A DNA stretch of 32,000 nucleotides from Methylorubrum extorquens (GCA_900234795.1 LT962688.1:330001-362000); one strand, 5' to 3'. Positions 9,522 through 19,215 are shown, numbered from the stretch's first letter. Translations and numbers: made by a program. Notes: generated from the sequence alone by a model not told the origin.

Positions 9522-11006
9522 ATGCGTCGCGTAGAAGGCCGGCCCACCACGGGGTCCCGCGCTGTCGCCGTGCTGCTCCTGGCGACGAGTTTTCTCGTCG
9601 CAGTGGCCGACCCGGCCGAGGCAAAACGCCGAGGCCACGCCCGCAAGGCGGTGAGCGGGTACAACCCGCCCTACGCCGCCATGGTCGTGGACGTGAAGTC
9701 GGGCCGCACGCTGCACGCGGTCAACGAGGACGCGCTGCGCCACCCGGCCTCGATCACCAAGGTGATGACCCTCTACATGCTTTTCGAGCAGTTGGAGAAG
9801 GGCCGCTACGACCTCGACTCGCCGCTCTCGATCTCGGCCAACGCCGCCGCCCAGGCGCCGTCGAAGCTGGGGCTGCGTCCCGGCTCGACCGTCACGGTCG
9901 AGGAGGCGATCAAGGCGCTCGTCACCAAGTCGGCCAACGACGTGGCCTGCGCCATCGGCGAGAACATCGCCGGCTCCGAGCCGCGCTTCGCCGAGATGAT
10001 GACGCGCAAGGCCAAGGCGCTCGGCATGAGCCGCACGCACTACGCCAACGCTTCGGGCTTGCCCGACCCCGACCAGATCACCACGGCCCACGACCTCACC
10101 CTGCTGGCCCGTGCGATCCAGGATCGCTTCCCGCGCTACTACCGCTACTTCCAGACCCGCTCCTTCGCCTTCCGCGGCCGGACCATCGGCAACCACAACC
10201 GCCTGCTCGGCAATGTCGAGGGCGTGGACGGCATCAAGACCGGCTACACCCGCGATTCCGGCTTCAACCTGATGACCGCAGCCAAGCTCGGCGACCGGCA
10301 GATCGTGGCGATCGTGCTTGGCGGCAAATCGGGCGCGAGCCGCGACCGGATCATGGCCGACCTCGTCCGCGCCAATCTGCCCCGCGCCTTTGCCGGCAGC
10401 CGTCAGACCGCGCCCGTGGTCGAGGTGGCCGAGCGCGGTCGCCCGGCAGTCGTCGCCGAAGCCGATTCCCGCACCCGCACGGTCATCGCCTCGGCGGACG
10501 ACGAAGACATCGAGACGACGAGCTCCACCAGCAACGCTCCGCTCGACATCCGGCCTGCCACCACCACGCCGGGATCGCGCCGCACTACCCTCCAGGCGCT
10601 GCCGGGCGCTGCCCAAGCCTATGCCGGCCAGGCAGGTCAGGCGCCTTTCCCCGGCACGGCCGGTAAGTCGACCGCACGCTTGCCCACCGTCGAGGGCGTC
10701 GCCTCCCGGGCCGAGGGTCCGCCGAAGGATGCCCGCGGCGACAGCGCCAAGCCGGTCACGCCGAGCCCCTGGGTGATCCAGCTCGGCGCCATGGACGACG
10801 AGGACAAGGCCAAGTCGATCCTCGCCGACGCCCGCAGCCGCACCGGCATGCTCTCGAAGGCCGCGCCCTACACGGTGCGCGTGACCCATGGCGGCACCAC
10901 GCTGTTCCGCGCCCGCTTCTCGGGATTTGCCGAACAGAGCACCGCGCAGGATGCCTGCGCCGCGCTGAAGAAGAACGGCTTCAACTGCTTCGCGACCCGG
11001 AGCTGA
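9522..11006 (+). CDS. Serine-type D-Ala-D-Ala carboxypeptidase (peptidase S11, low-molecular-weight PBP) with a C-terminal SPOR domain
   Basis: A signal peptide is followed by the motifs S-I-T-K, S-A-N and K-T-G-Y-T. A low-complexity linker leads to a SPOR-like C-terminus (WVIQLGAMDDEDKAKSIL...FRARFSGF...CAALKKNGFNCF). Confidence 0.88.
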   Translation: MRRVEGRPTTGSRAVAVLLLATSFLVAVADPAEAKRRGHARKAVSGYNPPYAAMVVDVKSGRTLHAVNEDALRHPASITKVMTLYMLFEQLEKGRYDLDSPLSISANAAAQAPSKLGLRPGSTVTVEEAIKALVTKSANDVACAIGENIAGSEPRFAEMMTRKAKALGMSRTHYANASGLPDPDQITTAHDLTLLARAIQDRFPRYYRYFQTRSFAFRGRTIGNHNRLLGNVEGVDGIKTGYTRDSGFNLMTAAKLGDRQIVAIVLGGKSGASRDRIMADLVRANLPRAFAGSRQTAPVVEVAERGRPAVVAEADSRTRTVIASADDEDIETTSSTSNAPLDIRPATTTPGSRRTTLQALPGAAQAYAGQAGQAPFPGTAGKSTARLPTVEGVASRAEGPPKDARGDSAKPVTPSPWVIQLGAMDDEDKAKSILADARSRTGMLSKAAPYTVRVTHGGTTLFRARFSGFAEQSTAQDACAALKKNGFNCFATRS

Positions 11007-11158
11007 TCGCCTCCAACAGCCATCTTCGATGCGGCTGCCGGCGCGTTCGGCCGGCGACCGCCCGATGACAAGAGCCGCTTCAAGCGGCTTCGACGACCTT
11101 CGACATATCGACCCTGACAACGCGCGTGGAGTTCTAGCGATGTCGGTTCACCAGTCTG

Positions 11159-11831
11159 TCACGCGCCGCGTTCACGCGCGCCGCTCCCCTCGACGCTGCC
11201 GCCCTGGTCGGGATGCAGCCGCTTCATCAGCGTCCGATGAGCCGCGCGGACGTCCTCCAGGGACGCCCCGCGCTCAAGCCCCAGGACCTGATAGGCCTCC
11301 TGCTCCGTCATCGACCCTGGCTTCGTCGGTCCGCCCGTCCGCGGGTCTCCGTCGACATCAGCGTCTACACGCCAGCCGGGCTGCCGGCGGTCGAGATACG
11401 CCTCTAGCCCGCGGGCGCCCTCGGGATCGTTGGCGCTCAGCAGGGCGGCCAGCTCGATGAGCGCCTCCGACGGCACCGCCGAGAGGCGGCGGCCGGCGAA
11501 GGGGCCCGACGAGCACGGTCCCGTCCATCGGTTCACCGTCGGTGCCGAGGTCGAATTCGAGGGCGGCCGTCCGCACTTGCCGGGGCTCCCGGTATCCGCG
11601 CCATGCGCGGACCCGCCGGATCACGCCCGCCTCGCCCTCCGAAAGCCAGACGCCTCCTGCGCCGAGCAGAAGGGCCAGGAGGAAGCTGCCGCGCAGCGAC
11701 AGCACGAAGGCCGCCGCCAGCAGGGCGTAGCCTGCGAGCAGGCGCGGCGTCAGGCCGAAGGGCAGGCGCCCGTTGCGGCGGCCGAGCCACCAAAATCCGA
11801 TGAGCGCCAGAAGGCCGAGGGCGATGAGCAT
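11159..11831 (-). pseudogene. Membrane-anchored J-domain (DnaJ-like co-chaperone) gene split by a 1-nt frameshift
   Basis: Two overlapping ORFs (11358-11831 and 11159-11536) become one 223-aa protein if one base is removed from the GGGGCCC run at 11501-11507. The N-terminal part has TM helices. The C-terminal part is a J domain with HPD (AYQVLGLERGASLEDVRAAHRTLMKRLHPDQGG). The span is 673 nt, one more than a multiple of three. Confidence 0.7.
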
Positions 11832-11900
11832 CCCGCGGTCATCGGCCGGTTCGGTGCGCGCGTAAAGCGCTCATCCGGTGCACGCCCACGGGGAGCGGGA

Positions 11901-13052
11901 TTACAACCGCGTCTGTGCCACGTCGGCGGTATTCACCCGCACCGTCCGCACCCGGCCGTCGCGCTCCACCAGCAGGGTCACCGGGCGGTCGAGCCCGGCT
12001 TCCTCGACCGCGGCGGTCAGGTCCGACAGGCGGTGAACCGGGCGGCCGTTGGCGCCGACGATGACGTCGCCGATCGTGCCGGTGCGGGGATCGACGCCGC
12101 GCAAGCCGGCCTGCGCCGCCGGAGAACCGGGCAGCACCCGCAGCACCACGACGCCGTCGATGCCGAGCCGGGCGGCGGTCGCCTCCTGGCCGGCGATGAT
12201 GCCGATGCCGGGATTGCGCACGCGCCCATTCTTGATGAGGTCCGGCACCACCCGGTTCACGACATCGACCGGCACCGCGAAGCCGATGCCGGCGCTGGCG
12301 CCGGAGGGCGAGAAGATCGCGGTGTTGACGCCGATCAGGCGCCCAGCGGAGTCGAGCAAGGGCCCGCCGGAATTGCCCGGATTGATCGCCGCATCGGTCT
12401 GGATGACGCCCGACAGCTCCCGGCCCTCCTGCGTCGGCAGCCGCCGCTGGAGCGCGCTGATGACCCCGGTCGTCAGGGTGTGATCGAGGCCGAACGGGTT
12501 GCCGATGGCGAAGGCCGACTGCCCGACCTTGAGGTCGGCTGAGGTCCCCACAGCCAGGGGAAGGGGCATCTTGGCCACGCGGCCGAGCTGGAGCACGGCG
12601 AGATCGTAGCTTGGCGCCGTGCCGACGACCCGCGCGCCGATCACTTCGCCGGAGGCGAGCCGCACGGAGATCGAGCCGCCCCCCTTCGTCGCGGCCTCGA
12701 CGACGTGGTTGTTGGTGACGACGTGGCCCGCCGCGTCCCAGACGAAACCGGTGCCGGTCTGCGTGCCGGAGCCCTGCTGCTGTTCTCCCTGACCGAACTC
12801 GTCGTCCGGCTCCATCAGCGCGCGCCCTTGCGCCGCCGCCTGGGCGAAGACGTGGACGACGGAGGGCGAGGCGCTGGCGAACAGATCGACGGTGGTCTTC
12901 TCCGCCGCCGAGAGATCGCCGCGCGCCGTCACCGAGCGGGGCGCGTTCGCCGAGTAGAGGAAGGCGAGGATGTAGGGCTGCGCCACGAAGGCGATCAGCA
13001 GGCCCAGCGTCACGCCCAAGGCGACGCGCACGAAGCGATCCGGCACCGACAA
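11901..13052 (-). CDS. HtrA/DegP-family periplasmic serine endoprotease (S1C) with one PDZ domain
   Basis: The N-terminal TM anchor is followed by catalytic-triad contexts TNNHVV (His) and GNSGGPLL (Ser), then a PDZ-like C-terminus. The ORF begins at TTG 13052. A GTG at 13046 with a GAGG SD 6 nt upstream is the more likely start. Confidence 0.88.
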   Translation of the reverse strand: MSVPDRFVRVALGVTLGLLIAFVAQPYILAFLYSANAPRSVTARGDLSAAEKTTVDLFASASPSVVHVFAQAAAQGRALMEPDDEFGQGEQQQGSGTQTGTGFVWDAAGHVVTNNHVVEAATKGGGSISVRLASGEVIGARVVGTAPSYDLAVLQLGRVAKMPLPLAVGTSADLKVGQSAFAIGNPFGLDHTLTTGVISALQRRLPTQEGRELSGVIQTDAAINPGNSGGPLLDSAGRLIGVNTAIFSPSGASAGIGFAVPVDVVNRVVPDLIKNGRVRNPGIGIIAGQEATAARLGIDGVVVLRVLPGSPAAQAGLRGVDPRTGTIGDVIVGANGRPVHRLSDLTAAVEEAGLDRPVTLLVERDGRVRTVRVNTADVAQTRL

Positions 13053-13563
13053 CCTCAGCCCTGCCCAGCCATGAACGGCGCGGCCCGCGCCGCGTCGGCG
13101 GTACGGGCTACGTTCAGGTTCTCTCCACCAAACTCCTGAGAGTCAGGTCCGTCGCGTCGCAAAGCACGCGCGTCCGGCAATTGAGACTTAGCTGTGTCCG
13201 GTGTGGCGTCCAGTCAACAAATCCCCGCTTTCCTACACAGGGAAGCTGGGTGCGGCACCGCACCGAGGGATGCCCCTACGAAGAGTAACCAATTGCATAC
13301 TGTTTCATACGCAGTGTCGTCCTACAGATGAAAAGGCATCGGTGGGTGGGTCCGGACCAATTCTTGGCGAAACCAAGGCAAGGTTCAGACGAGGAACTGC
13401 GACGAAACGGTGATCGAACGGCTATCGAGCACTCGAATTGATCGCAAAGCCGCCCCAGAGATGCTTCGATCGCCCTAGAACTTCGTACATACCGGCCCAG
13501 TGACGTCAGTCGTCGCCGCGATCCGTTCGCGAACGGGCCCGGTTCGAACAGGAAGCGCATGAG

Positions 13564-13779
13564 ATGGAAACCGAAGCTCTCGAACGTCCTGCCGACCTGA
13601 CGATCTGGCGCACCCTGCCGGCCTCGTCTCCCCTGGCCCAGCCGGAGCGCTACGACACCCTGCGCGAGGCGCTGCTTGCCGCCAAGGGCGCCCTCGGCGA
13701 CCCCTCGAAGCAGCCCTGGATCATCACCGAGGAGGGCGAAATCCTCTCCCCGAACTGGATCCGCACCTACGTCAACTGA
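13564..13779 (+). CDS. Small hypothetical protein (71 aa)
   Basis: GC3 is high, in contrast to the AT-richer region just upstream. An AGGAAG SD lies about 10 nt before the ATG. I recognise no domain. The 3' end overlaps the DUF817 gene tail-to-tail by 8 nt. Confidence 0.5.
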   Translation: METEALERPADLTIWRTLPASSPLAQPERYDTLREALLAAKGALGDPSKQPWIITEEGEILSPNWIRTYVN

Positions 13780-14701
13780 TCGCGGCCTCAGCGCCCGGAT
13801 CGGCAGGCCGCGCGGGTACGGCCTCGGGGCATGGCTCCGGCCGGCTCACCAGCGTGACGAGCACGTAGGACACGATCATCAGCAGGAACCACGAGCCGAG
13901 CTTGGCCGCCGAGACCGGCGACCAGCCGGCCGCCTGGTTCGGGTAGAGCCAGACCCGGCTCGCCGTGCCGATGTTCTCGGCCAGCCAGATGAACCCGGCA
14001 ACGAGGACGAAGCCGAGCAGTAGTGGCATCTGCCGGTACACGTGCCAGACCTTGAAGTGCACGACCGTGCCGCCGAACAGCACGCCGGTCGCGATGAACA
14101 GCATCGCCCGCATGTCGGCCACGTAATGGTGGCTGAAGAAGTTGAGGTAGATCGCCCCCGCCAGCGGCAGCGTGAACATCAGCGGCGGATGCCGGGTGAA
14201 GCGGAAGTCGAACAGGCGCCAGACGCGGGCGATGTAGGAGCCGATGCTGGCATACATAAAGCCGGTGAACAGCGGCACGCCCATGATCCGCAGCAGGCTC
14301 GCCTCCGGGTAGATCCACGAGCCGACGCCGGTCTTGAAGATCTCCATCGCCGTTCCGACGACGTGATAGAGCGCGATGACCTTGGCCTCCTCCCAGGTCT
14401 CCATGCCCAAACCCAGCAGTGCGACCTGGATCAGGATCGCGGCGAGCGTCAGGAAATCGTAGCGCGAGAGCGGCGCGTCGGCCGGGTAGAACAGGTGCGT
14501 GCCGATGAGCAGCGCGCAGATCAGGCCGCCGAACAGGCAGGCCCAGCCCTGCTTCACCCCGAACCTCAGAAACTCGTAGGCGAAGGCCGGCAGCCCGCCC
14601 GCGGCCTCGGCGCGCGCGCCGAGCCGGCGCTCGGCCGCGACGAAGCCTGCCAGGAACGGCCAGTTTCGCGCCGCACTCGGCGTCCTCTGCCCTGCCGCCA
14701 T
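13772..14701 (-). CDS. DUF817-family polytopic membrane protein
   Basis: The translation (FLRFGVKQGWACLFGG...HHYVADMRA...WLAENIGT) matches my recollection of DUF817. The ATG is at 14701; the ORF track starts at an in-frame TTG at 14710. Confidence 0.78.
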   Translation of the reverse strand: MAAGQRTPSAARNWPFLAGFVAAERRLGARAEAAGGLPAFAYEFLRFGVKQGWACLFGGLICALLIGTHLFYPADAPLSRYDFLTLAAILIQVALLGLGMETWEEAKVIALYHVVGTAMEIFKTGVGSWIYPEASLLRIMGVPLFTGFMYASIGSYIARVWRLFDFRFTRHPPLMFTLPLAGAIYLNFFSHHYVADMRAMLFIATGVLFGGTVVHFKVWHVYRQMPLLLGFVLVAGFIWLAENIGTASRVWLYPNQAAGWSPVSAAKLGSWFLLMIVSYVLVTLVSRPEPCPEAVPARPADPGAEAAIS

Positions 14702-14816
14702 TCCGTCCAACCTTCCACCCCGCGCTCCGCACGACCCGAGTCGCGGAAAGCGGCGGTTTGACGGTCACGCTCGCCTCGCCGCACATTCGGCGCGGCAAGC
14801 GCAGCGGGGAAGGGGC

Positions 14817-15317
14817 GTGCGGGCGAACGCAGTGGAGGATCGGGCTCACGCCCGGCGGCGGACGGAGCGCGAATTGCGCCGGCTTGAAGCGCTGGTCGCG
14901 CGCAAGCGCTTCCGCAGGCGGAGCCTACGGGCGCTGCGCGGATCGGCCGGCGCCGCGGCAACCTTCGGCGCTCTCCTGAAAGTGAAGGTGGTCGGAACGT
15001 TGGCCGGCAAGGCCGCCATCGCTGTCCTCGTCGGCCTCGGCTTCGCGTGGCCGGCGCTGGTGATCGGCGTGATCGGCGTCGTCGGGATCGTGTTGGCGGT
15101 GGTCAGCCTGTTTTCCGGCGAAGGCGGCCCCCACGGCTTCGACGTCGGTTGCACCTGCGACTGCGCAGGCAAGGAGAAGCGGGCCGAACGGCTCAAGGCG
15201 CTGATTGCGCAACGCCGGGCGTGGCTCGCCGCGCCGTCGGGGCCGGCGCCGAGCGTGCGCTGGGATGCGCGCGGGCGCCGTGATCTTGTAGGCAGCCAGC
15301 GCAAGCGCGGCCGGTGA
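14817..15317 (+). CDS. Hypothetical membrane protein (166 aa) with a basic coiled N-terminus, a hydrophobic hairpin and a CTCDC motif
   Basis: GC3 is consistently high in this frame. Two predicted TM helices are present (AAIAVLVGLGFAWPALVIGVIGVVGIVLAVVSLF). I recognise no family. Confidence 0.5.
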   Translation: MRANAVEDRAHARRRTERELRRLEALVARKRFRRRSLRALRGSAGAAATFGALLKVKVVGTLAGKAAIAVLVGLGFAWPALVIGVIGVVGIVLAVVSLFSGEGGPHGFDVGCTCDCAGKEKRAERLKALIAQRRAWLAAPSGPAPSVRWDARGRRDLVGSQRKRGR

Positions 15318-15422
15318 GCCCGGCCTTATGGACAGTAGCCGCGTTTGGTGGCTTGCCTATAATGCTCAAAAAAAATCATCGTCTCCGCCGATGCCGAGAC
15401 TGACGCCAGGAACAGACGCACG

Positions 15423-17588
15423 ATGAGCTCCCGCATCCCCGATTTCGCCTCCGTCGCCTACGCGGCCGACGGCTTCAAGGCGCCGCCCCCGCCGGCCGGG
15501 GAGCCGTGGATGACGCCCGAGGGTATTCCGGTGAAGGGCTTCTACGGCCCCGAGGACCGCGAGTGCTGCGAGGGGATCGACTCGTTCCCCGGCCTGCCGC
15601 CCTACCTGCGCGGCCCCTATCCGGCGATGTACGTCACCCAGCCCTGGACGATCCGGCAATATGCCGGCTTCTCGACGGCCGAGGATTCGAACGCCTTCTA
15701 TCGGCGCAACCTCGCCGCGGGCCAGAAGGGCCTCTCGGTCGCCTTCGATCTCGCCACCCACCGCGGCTACGATTCGGACCACCCCCGCGTCTCGGGTGAT
15801 GTCGGCATGGCGGGTGTCGCGATCGACTCGATCTACGACATGCGCACGCTGTTCTCCGGCATTCCGCTGGACGAGATGACGGTGTCGATGACGATGAACG
15901 GCGCGGTGCTGCCGGTGCTCGCGCTCTACATCGTTGCGGCCGAGGAGCAGGGCGTGCCGCCCGAGAAGCTCGCCGGCACGATCCAGAACGACATTCTCAA
16001 GGAGTTCATGGTCCGCAACACCTACATCTATCCCCCCAAGGGATCGATGCGGATCATCTCGGACATCTTCGGCTACACGTCGAAGAACATGCCGAAGTTC
16101 AACTCGATCTCGATCTCCGGCTACCACATGCAGGAGGCCGGGGCGACGCAGGATCTGGAGCTCGCCTACACGCTCGCCGACGGCGTCGAGTACATCAAGG
16201 CCGGCCTCGCGGCGGGCCTCACCATCGATCAGTTCGCGCCGCGCCTGTCGTTCTTCTGGGCGATCGGGATGAACTTCTTCATGGAGATCGCCAAGATGCG
16301 GGCCGCGCGCCTGATCTGGGCCAAGCTCGTCAAGGAGTTCGAGCCGAAATCCGACAAGTCGCTGCCGCTGCGCACCCACTCGCAGACGAGCGGCTGGTCG
16401 CTGACGGCGCAGGACGTGTTCAACAACGTCACCCGCACCTGCATCGAGGCGATGGCGGCGACGCAAGGCGGCACCCAGTCGCTCCACACCAACGCGCTCG
16501 ACGAGGCTTTGGCGCTGCCGACCGACTTCTCGGCGCGCATTGCCCGCAACACCCAGCTCTTCCTGCAGCAGGAGAGCGGCACCACGCGGATCATCGATCC
16601 GTGGGGCGGCTCCTACTATGTCGAGCGGCTGACCCGGGACATCGCCGCGCGCGCCTGGGAGCATATCCGTGAAGTCGAGGCGCTCGGCGGTATGGCGAAG
16701 GCCATCGAGGCCGGCATCCCGAAGCTGCGCATCGAGGAGGCCGCTGCCCGCGCCCAGGCGCGGATCGATTCCGGGCGCCAGACCATCGTCGGCATCAACA
16801 AGTACAAGCCCGACGACGAGATGAAGATCGACCTGCTGCGCGTCGACAACGCCGACGTGCGCGCCAAGCAGATCGACAAGCTCAAGCGCCTGCGCGCCGA
16901 GCGCAACCAGGCCGACGTCGATGCGGCTCTGGCCGCCCTGACGAAGGCCGCGGATGGCGAGGGCAACCTGCTCGAACTGGCGGTGAACGCGGCGCGGGCC
17001 AAGGCCACGGTCGGCGAGATCTCGGAGGCGCTGGAGAAGGCCTGGGGCCGTCACCGCGCCGAGATCCGCTCGATCTCGGGCGTCTACAAGCGGGAGGTGG
17101 GCGGCATGTCGCCGGTGGTGGAGAAGGTCCGCGGCCTCGTCGAGGCCTTCGAGGAGAATGACGGGCGCCGCCCGCGCATCCTGGTCGCCAAGATGGGCCA
17201 GGACGGGCACGACCGCGGCCAGAAGGTGATCGCCTCGGCGTTCGCCGATCTCGGCTTCGACGTCGATATCGGGCCGCTCTTCGCCACGCCGGACGAGGCG
17301 GCACGCCAAGCGGTGGAGAACGACGTGCACATCGTCGGCGTCTCCTCTCTGGCGGCGGGCCACCTGACGCTGGTGCCGGAACTCAAGGCCGCGCTGAAGC
17401 AGGAGGGCCGCGACGACGTGATGATCGTGGTCGGCGGCGTGATCCCGCCGGGCGACTACGACGCGCTCTACGCCGCGGGCGCCTCTGCGATCTTCCCGCC
17501 GGGCACCGTGATCGCGGAAGCGGCCGTGAAGCTTCTGGGCGAACTCAACACGCGCCTGGGCTACGGCGAGCGGCAGGCGGCCGAGTAG
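15423..17588 (+). CDS. mcmA: Methylmalonyl-CoA mutase large (catalytic, B12-binding) subunit
   Basis: The 721-aa product shows [62 protein letters not shown] and [12 protein letters not shown] (Tyr/Arg/His substrate residues of MCM rather than ICM). The C-terminal cobalamin motif is GQDGHDRG. Confidence 0.95.
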   Translation: MSSRIPDFASVAYAADGFKAPPPPAGEPWMTPEGIPVKGFYGPEDRECCEGIDSFPGLPPYLRGPYPAMYVTQPWTIRQYAGFSTAEDSNAFYRRNLAAGQKGLSVAFDLATHRGYDSDHPRVSGDVGMAGVAIDSIYDMRTLFSGIPLDEMTVSMTMNGAVLPVLALYIVAAEEQGVPPEKLAGTIQNDILKEFMVRNTYIYPPKGSMRIISDIFGYTSKNMPKFNSISISGYHMQEAGATQDLELAYTLADGVEYIKAGLAAGLTIDQFAPRLSFFWAIGMNFFMEIAKMRAARLIWAKLVKEFEPKSDKSLPLRTHSQTSGWSLTAQDVFNNVTRTCIEAMAATQGGTQSLHTNALDEALALPTDFSARIARNTQLFLQQESGTTRIIDPWGGSYYVERLTRDIAARAWEHIREVEALGGMAKAIEAGIPKLRIEEAAARAQARIDSGRQTIVGINKYKPDDEMKIDLLRVDNADVRAKQIDKLKRLRAERNQADVDAALAALTKAADGEGNLLELAVNAARAKATVGEISEALEKAWGRHRAEIRSISGVYKREVGGMSPVVEKVRGLVEAFEENDGRRPRILVAKMGQDGHDRGQKVIASAFADLGFDVDIGPLFATPDEAARQAVENDVHIVGVSSLAAGHLTLVPELKAALKQEGRDDVMIVVGGVIPPGDYDALYAAGASAIFPPGTVIAEAAVKLLGELNTRLGYGERQAAE

Positions 17589-17605
17589 TCCGCTTTTCCA
17601 GTCTT

Positions 17606-17634
17606 GGCGGGGGTCATGCCCCCGCCTTTCATTT
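17606..17634 (+). terminator. Rho-independent terminator of mcmA
   Basis: The stem GGCGGGGG / CCCCCGCC (8 bp, loop TCATG) begins 18 nt after the stop and is followed by TTTCATTT. Confidence 0.7.
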
Positions 17635-17651
17635 GAATTTACCGGGATTCC

Positions 17652-17682
17652 AGGCGGCACCATGCCTCGCGTGGTGCCGCCT
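17652..17682. repeat. Perfect 11-bp inverted repeat AGGCGGCACCA-N9-TGGTGCCGCCT
   Basis: Read directly from the sequence. It lies between the mcmA terminator and the manC start, with no U-tract on either strand. Confidence 0.8.
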
Positions 17683-17781
17683 CATGGGATCGGCTAAGAC
17701 GGCAGGGTTATTTCTCGCGCCCGCCGCTCCCGCATCCGTGCCCAACCGGCTGGCGCCTCTCGATACGCGACGGACGGGGCA

Positions 17782-19215
17782 ATGGCCGAGGCAGACCACG
17801 AAAAGATCCTGCCCGTGATCCTGTGCGGCGGCTCGGGCACGCGGCTGTGGCCGGCCTCGCGCGAGAGCATGCCGAAGCAGTTCACGCCGCTGGTCGATCC
17901 CGCGACCTCGACCTTCCAAGCCACCGTCCGCCGCGTCGCCGACGAGACCGTGTTCGCGAGGCCGACGGTCATCGCCTCGGCCGAGTCCCGCTTCATCGTC
18001 GCCGAGCAGCTCGCGCAGGCGGGCATCGCTGCCGACATCCTGCTCGAACCCGAGCGGCGTGACTCCGCAGCCGCCGTCGCGGTGGCCGCACTTCACGGCG
18101 CGCGGCGCGGGCCGGAGACGGTGGTGCTGGTGATGGCCGCCGACCACGTGATCGAGGACGCCGCCGCCTTCGCACGCGCCGGGCAGGAGGCGGCCTTGGG
18201 CGCCCGGCTCGGCCAGATCATGACGCTGGGCATCACCCCGACCCGGCCGGCGACCGAGTACGGCTACATCCGCACCGGCGGCGCCCTTCCCGACGCGCCG
18301 GGCCTGCATCGGGTCGAGCGCTTCGTCGAGAAGCCGGACGCGGCTGGCGCCGAGCGCCTGATCGGGGAGGGCGCCCTGTGGAACTCGGGCTACTTCCTGT
18401 TCCGCGCCGACGTGATGATCGCCGAGCTGGAAGCGTACGCACCGGAGGTGCTGGAAGCCGCCCGCGGCGCGCTCGCCAACGCTGCCACCGATCTCGACTT
18501 CGTCCGGCTCCAGACCGAATCCTTCGCGCGGGCGCCGAAAACCTCGATCGATTACGCGGTGATGGAGCGTACGACGCGGGCCGGTGTGCTCGCCGTCTCC
18601 TTCGCGTGGTCGGATGTCGGCACCTGGGACGCGGTGTGGCAGGTGCTGGAGCGCGACGCCCAGGGCAACGCCGTGCGCGGCCGCGTCGAACTGGTGGAGA
18701 CCACGGGCAGCCTCGTCCATAGCGAGGGCGACGGGCTCACCACGGTGGTCGGGCTCGACGACGTGGTGGTGGTCGCGACCCCCGACGCGGTGCTGGTCGC
18801 GTCCAAGGCGAAGTCGGGCAAGGTCAAGGATCTCGTGACCGTGCTGCGCGAGAAGGCGCATCCGGAGGCGGATGCCCACCGCCGGATGTACCGCCCCTGG
18901 GGCTGGTATCAGCGCATCGATATCGGCGAGCGCTTCCAGGTGAAGCGGATCATGGTGACGCCGGGCGGACGACTCTCGCTGCAGAAGCACTTCCACCGGG
19001 CCGAACACTGGGTGGTGGTGAAGGGCACGGCCGAGGTGACGCTGAACGATTCGATCGTGCTCGTGCACGAGAACGAGGCGGTCTACCTGCCGATCGGCTC
19101 GATGCACCGGCTGACCAATCCCGGCAAGATCCCGCTCGAACTGATAGAGGTGCAGGTCGGCTCCTATACCGGCGAAGACGACATCATCCGGGTCGAGGAC
19201 GTCTACGGGCGCTGA
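17782..19215 (+). CDS. manC: Bifunctional mannose-1-phosphate guanylyltransferase / mannose-6-phosphate isomerase (type II PMI)
   Basis: The N-terminal nucleotidyltransferase motif is ILCGGSGTRLWPASR. The C-terminal cupin shows QKHFHRAEHWVVVKGTA...GSMHRLTNPG. The product is 477 aa. Confidence 0.92.
   Translation: MAEADHEKILPVILCGGSGTRLWPASRESMPKQFTPLVDPATSTFQATVRRVADETVFARPTVIASAESRFIVAEQLAQAGIAADILLEPERRDSAAAVAVAALHGARRGPETVVLVMAADHVIEDAAAFARAGQEAALGARLGQIMTLGITPTRPATEYGYIRTGGALPDAPGLHRVERFVEKPDAAGAERLIGEGALWNSGYFLFRADVMIAELEAYAPEVLEAARGALANAATDLDFVRLQTESFARAPKTSIDYAVMERTTRAGVLAVSFAWSDVGTWDAVWQVLERDAQGNAVRGRVELVETTGSLVHSEGDGLTTVVGLDDVVVVATPDAVLVASKAKSGKVKDLVTVLREKAHPEADAHRRMYRPWGWYQRIDIGERFQVKRIMVTPGGRLSLQKHFHRAEHWVVVKGTAEVTLNDSIVLVHENEAVYLPIGSMHRLTNPGKIPLELIEVQVGSYTGEDDIIRVEDVYGR

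Noticed and set aside
11495-11510. Programmed ribosomal frameshifting at the J-domain gene junction.
   Set aside because: GGGCCCC is not a known slippery heptamer, and I see no stimulatory downstream structure. An indel in a G/C run is more likely.
13128-13160. CTGAGAG...CAGGTCCG, which superficially recalls TPP-riboswitch or SRP-RNA core motifs.
   Set aside because: Only a few bases match. The remaining conserved helices and loops are absent, and the adjacent gene (an HtrA protease) gives no functional rationale.
13541-13549. GGTTCGAAC, which resembles a tRNA T-loop.
   Set aside because: The flanking bases cannot form a T-stem or an acceptor stem, and no cloverleaf can be drawn. I found no tRNA anywhere in the window.
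13276-13560. A 94-aa minus-strand ORF (and the 70-aa plus-strand ORF 13201-13413) in the AT-richer intergenic island.
   Set aside because: Codon third positions lose the GC bias seen in every confident gene here. I see no SD and no recognisable motifs, so I treat the region as non-coding.
19203-19215. The 13-nt tail-to-tail overlap of manC and glpD, and the 8-nt overlap of the 71-aa ORF with DUF817 at 13772-13779.
   Set aside because: Short convergent overlaps are common in compact GC-rich genomes and need no special explanation.
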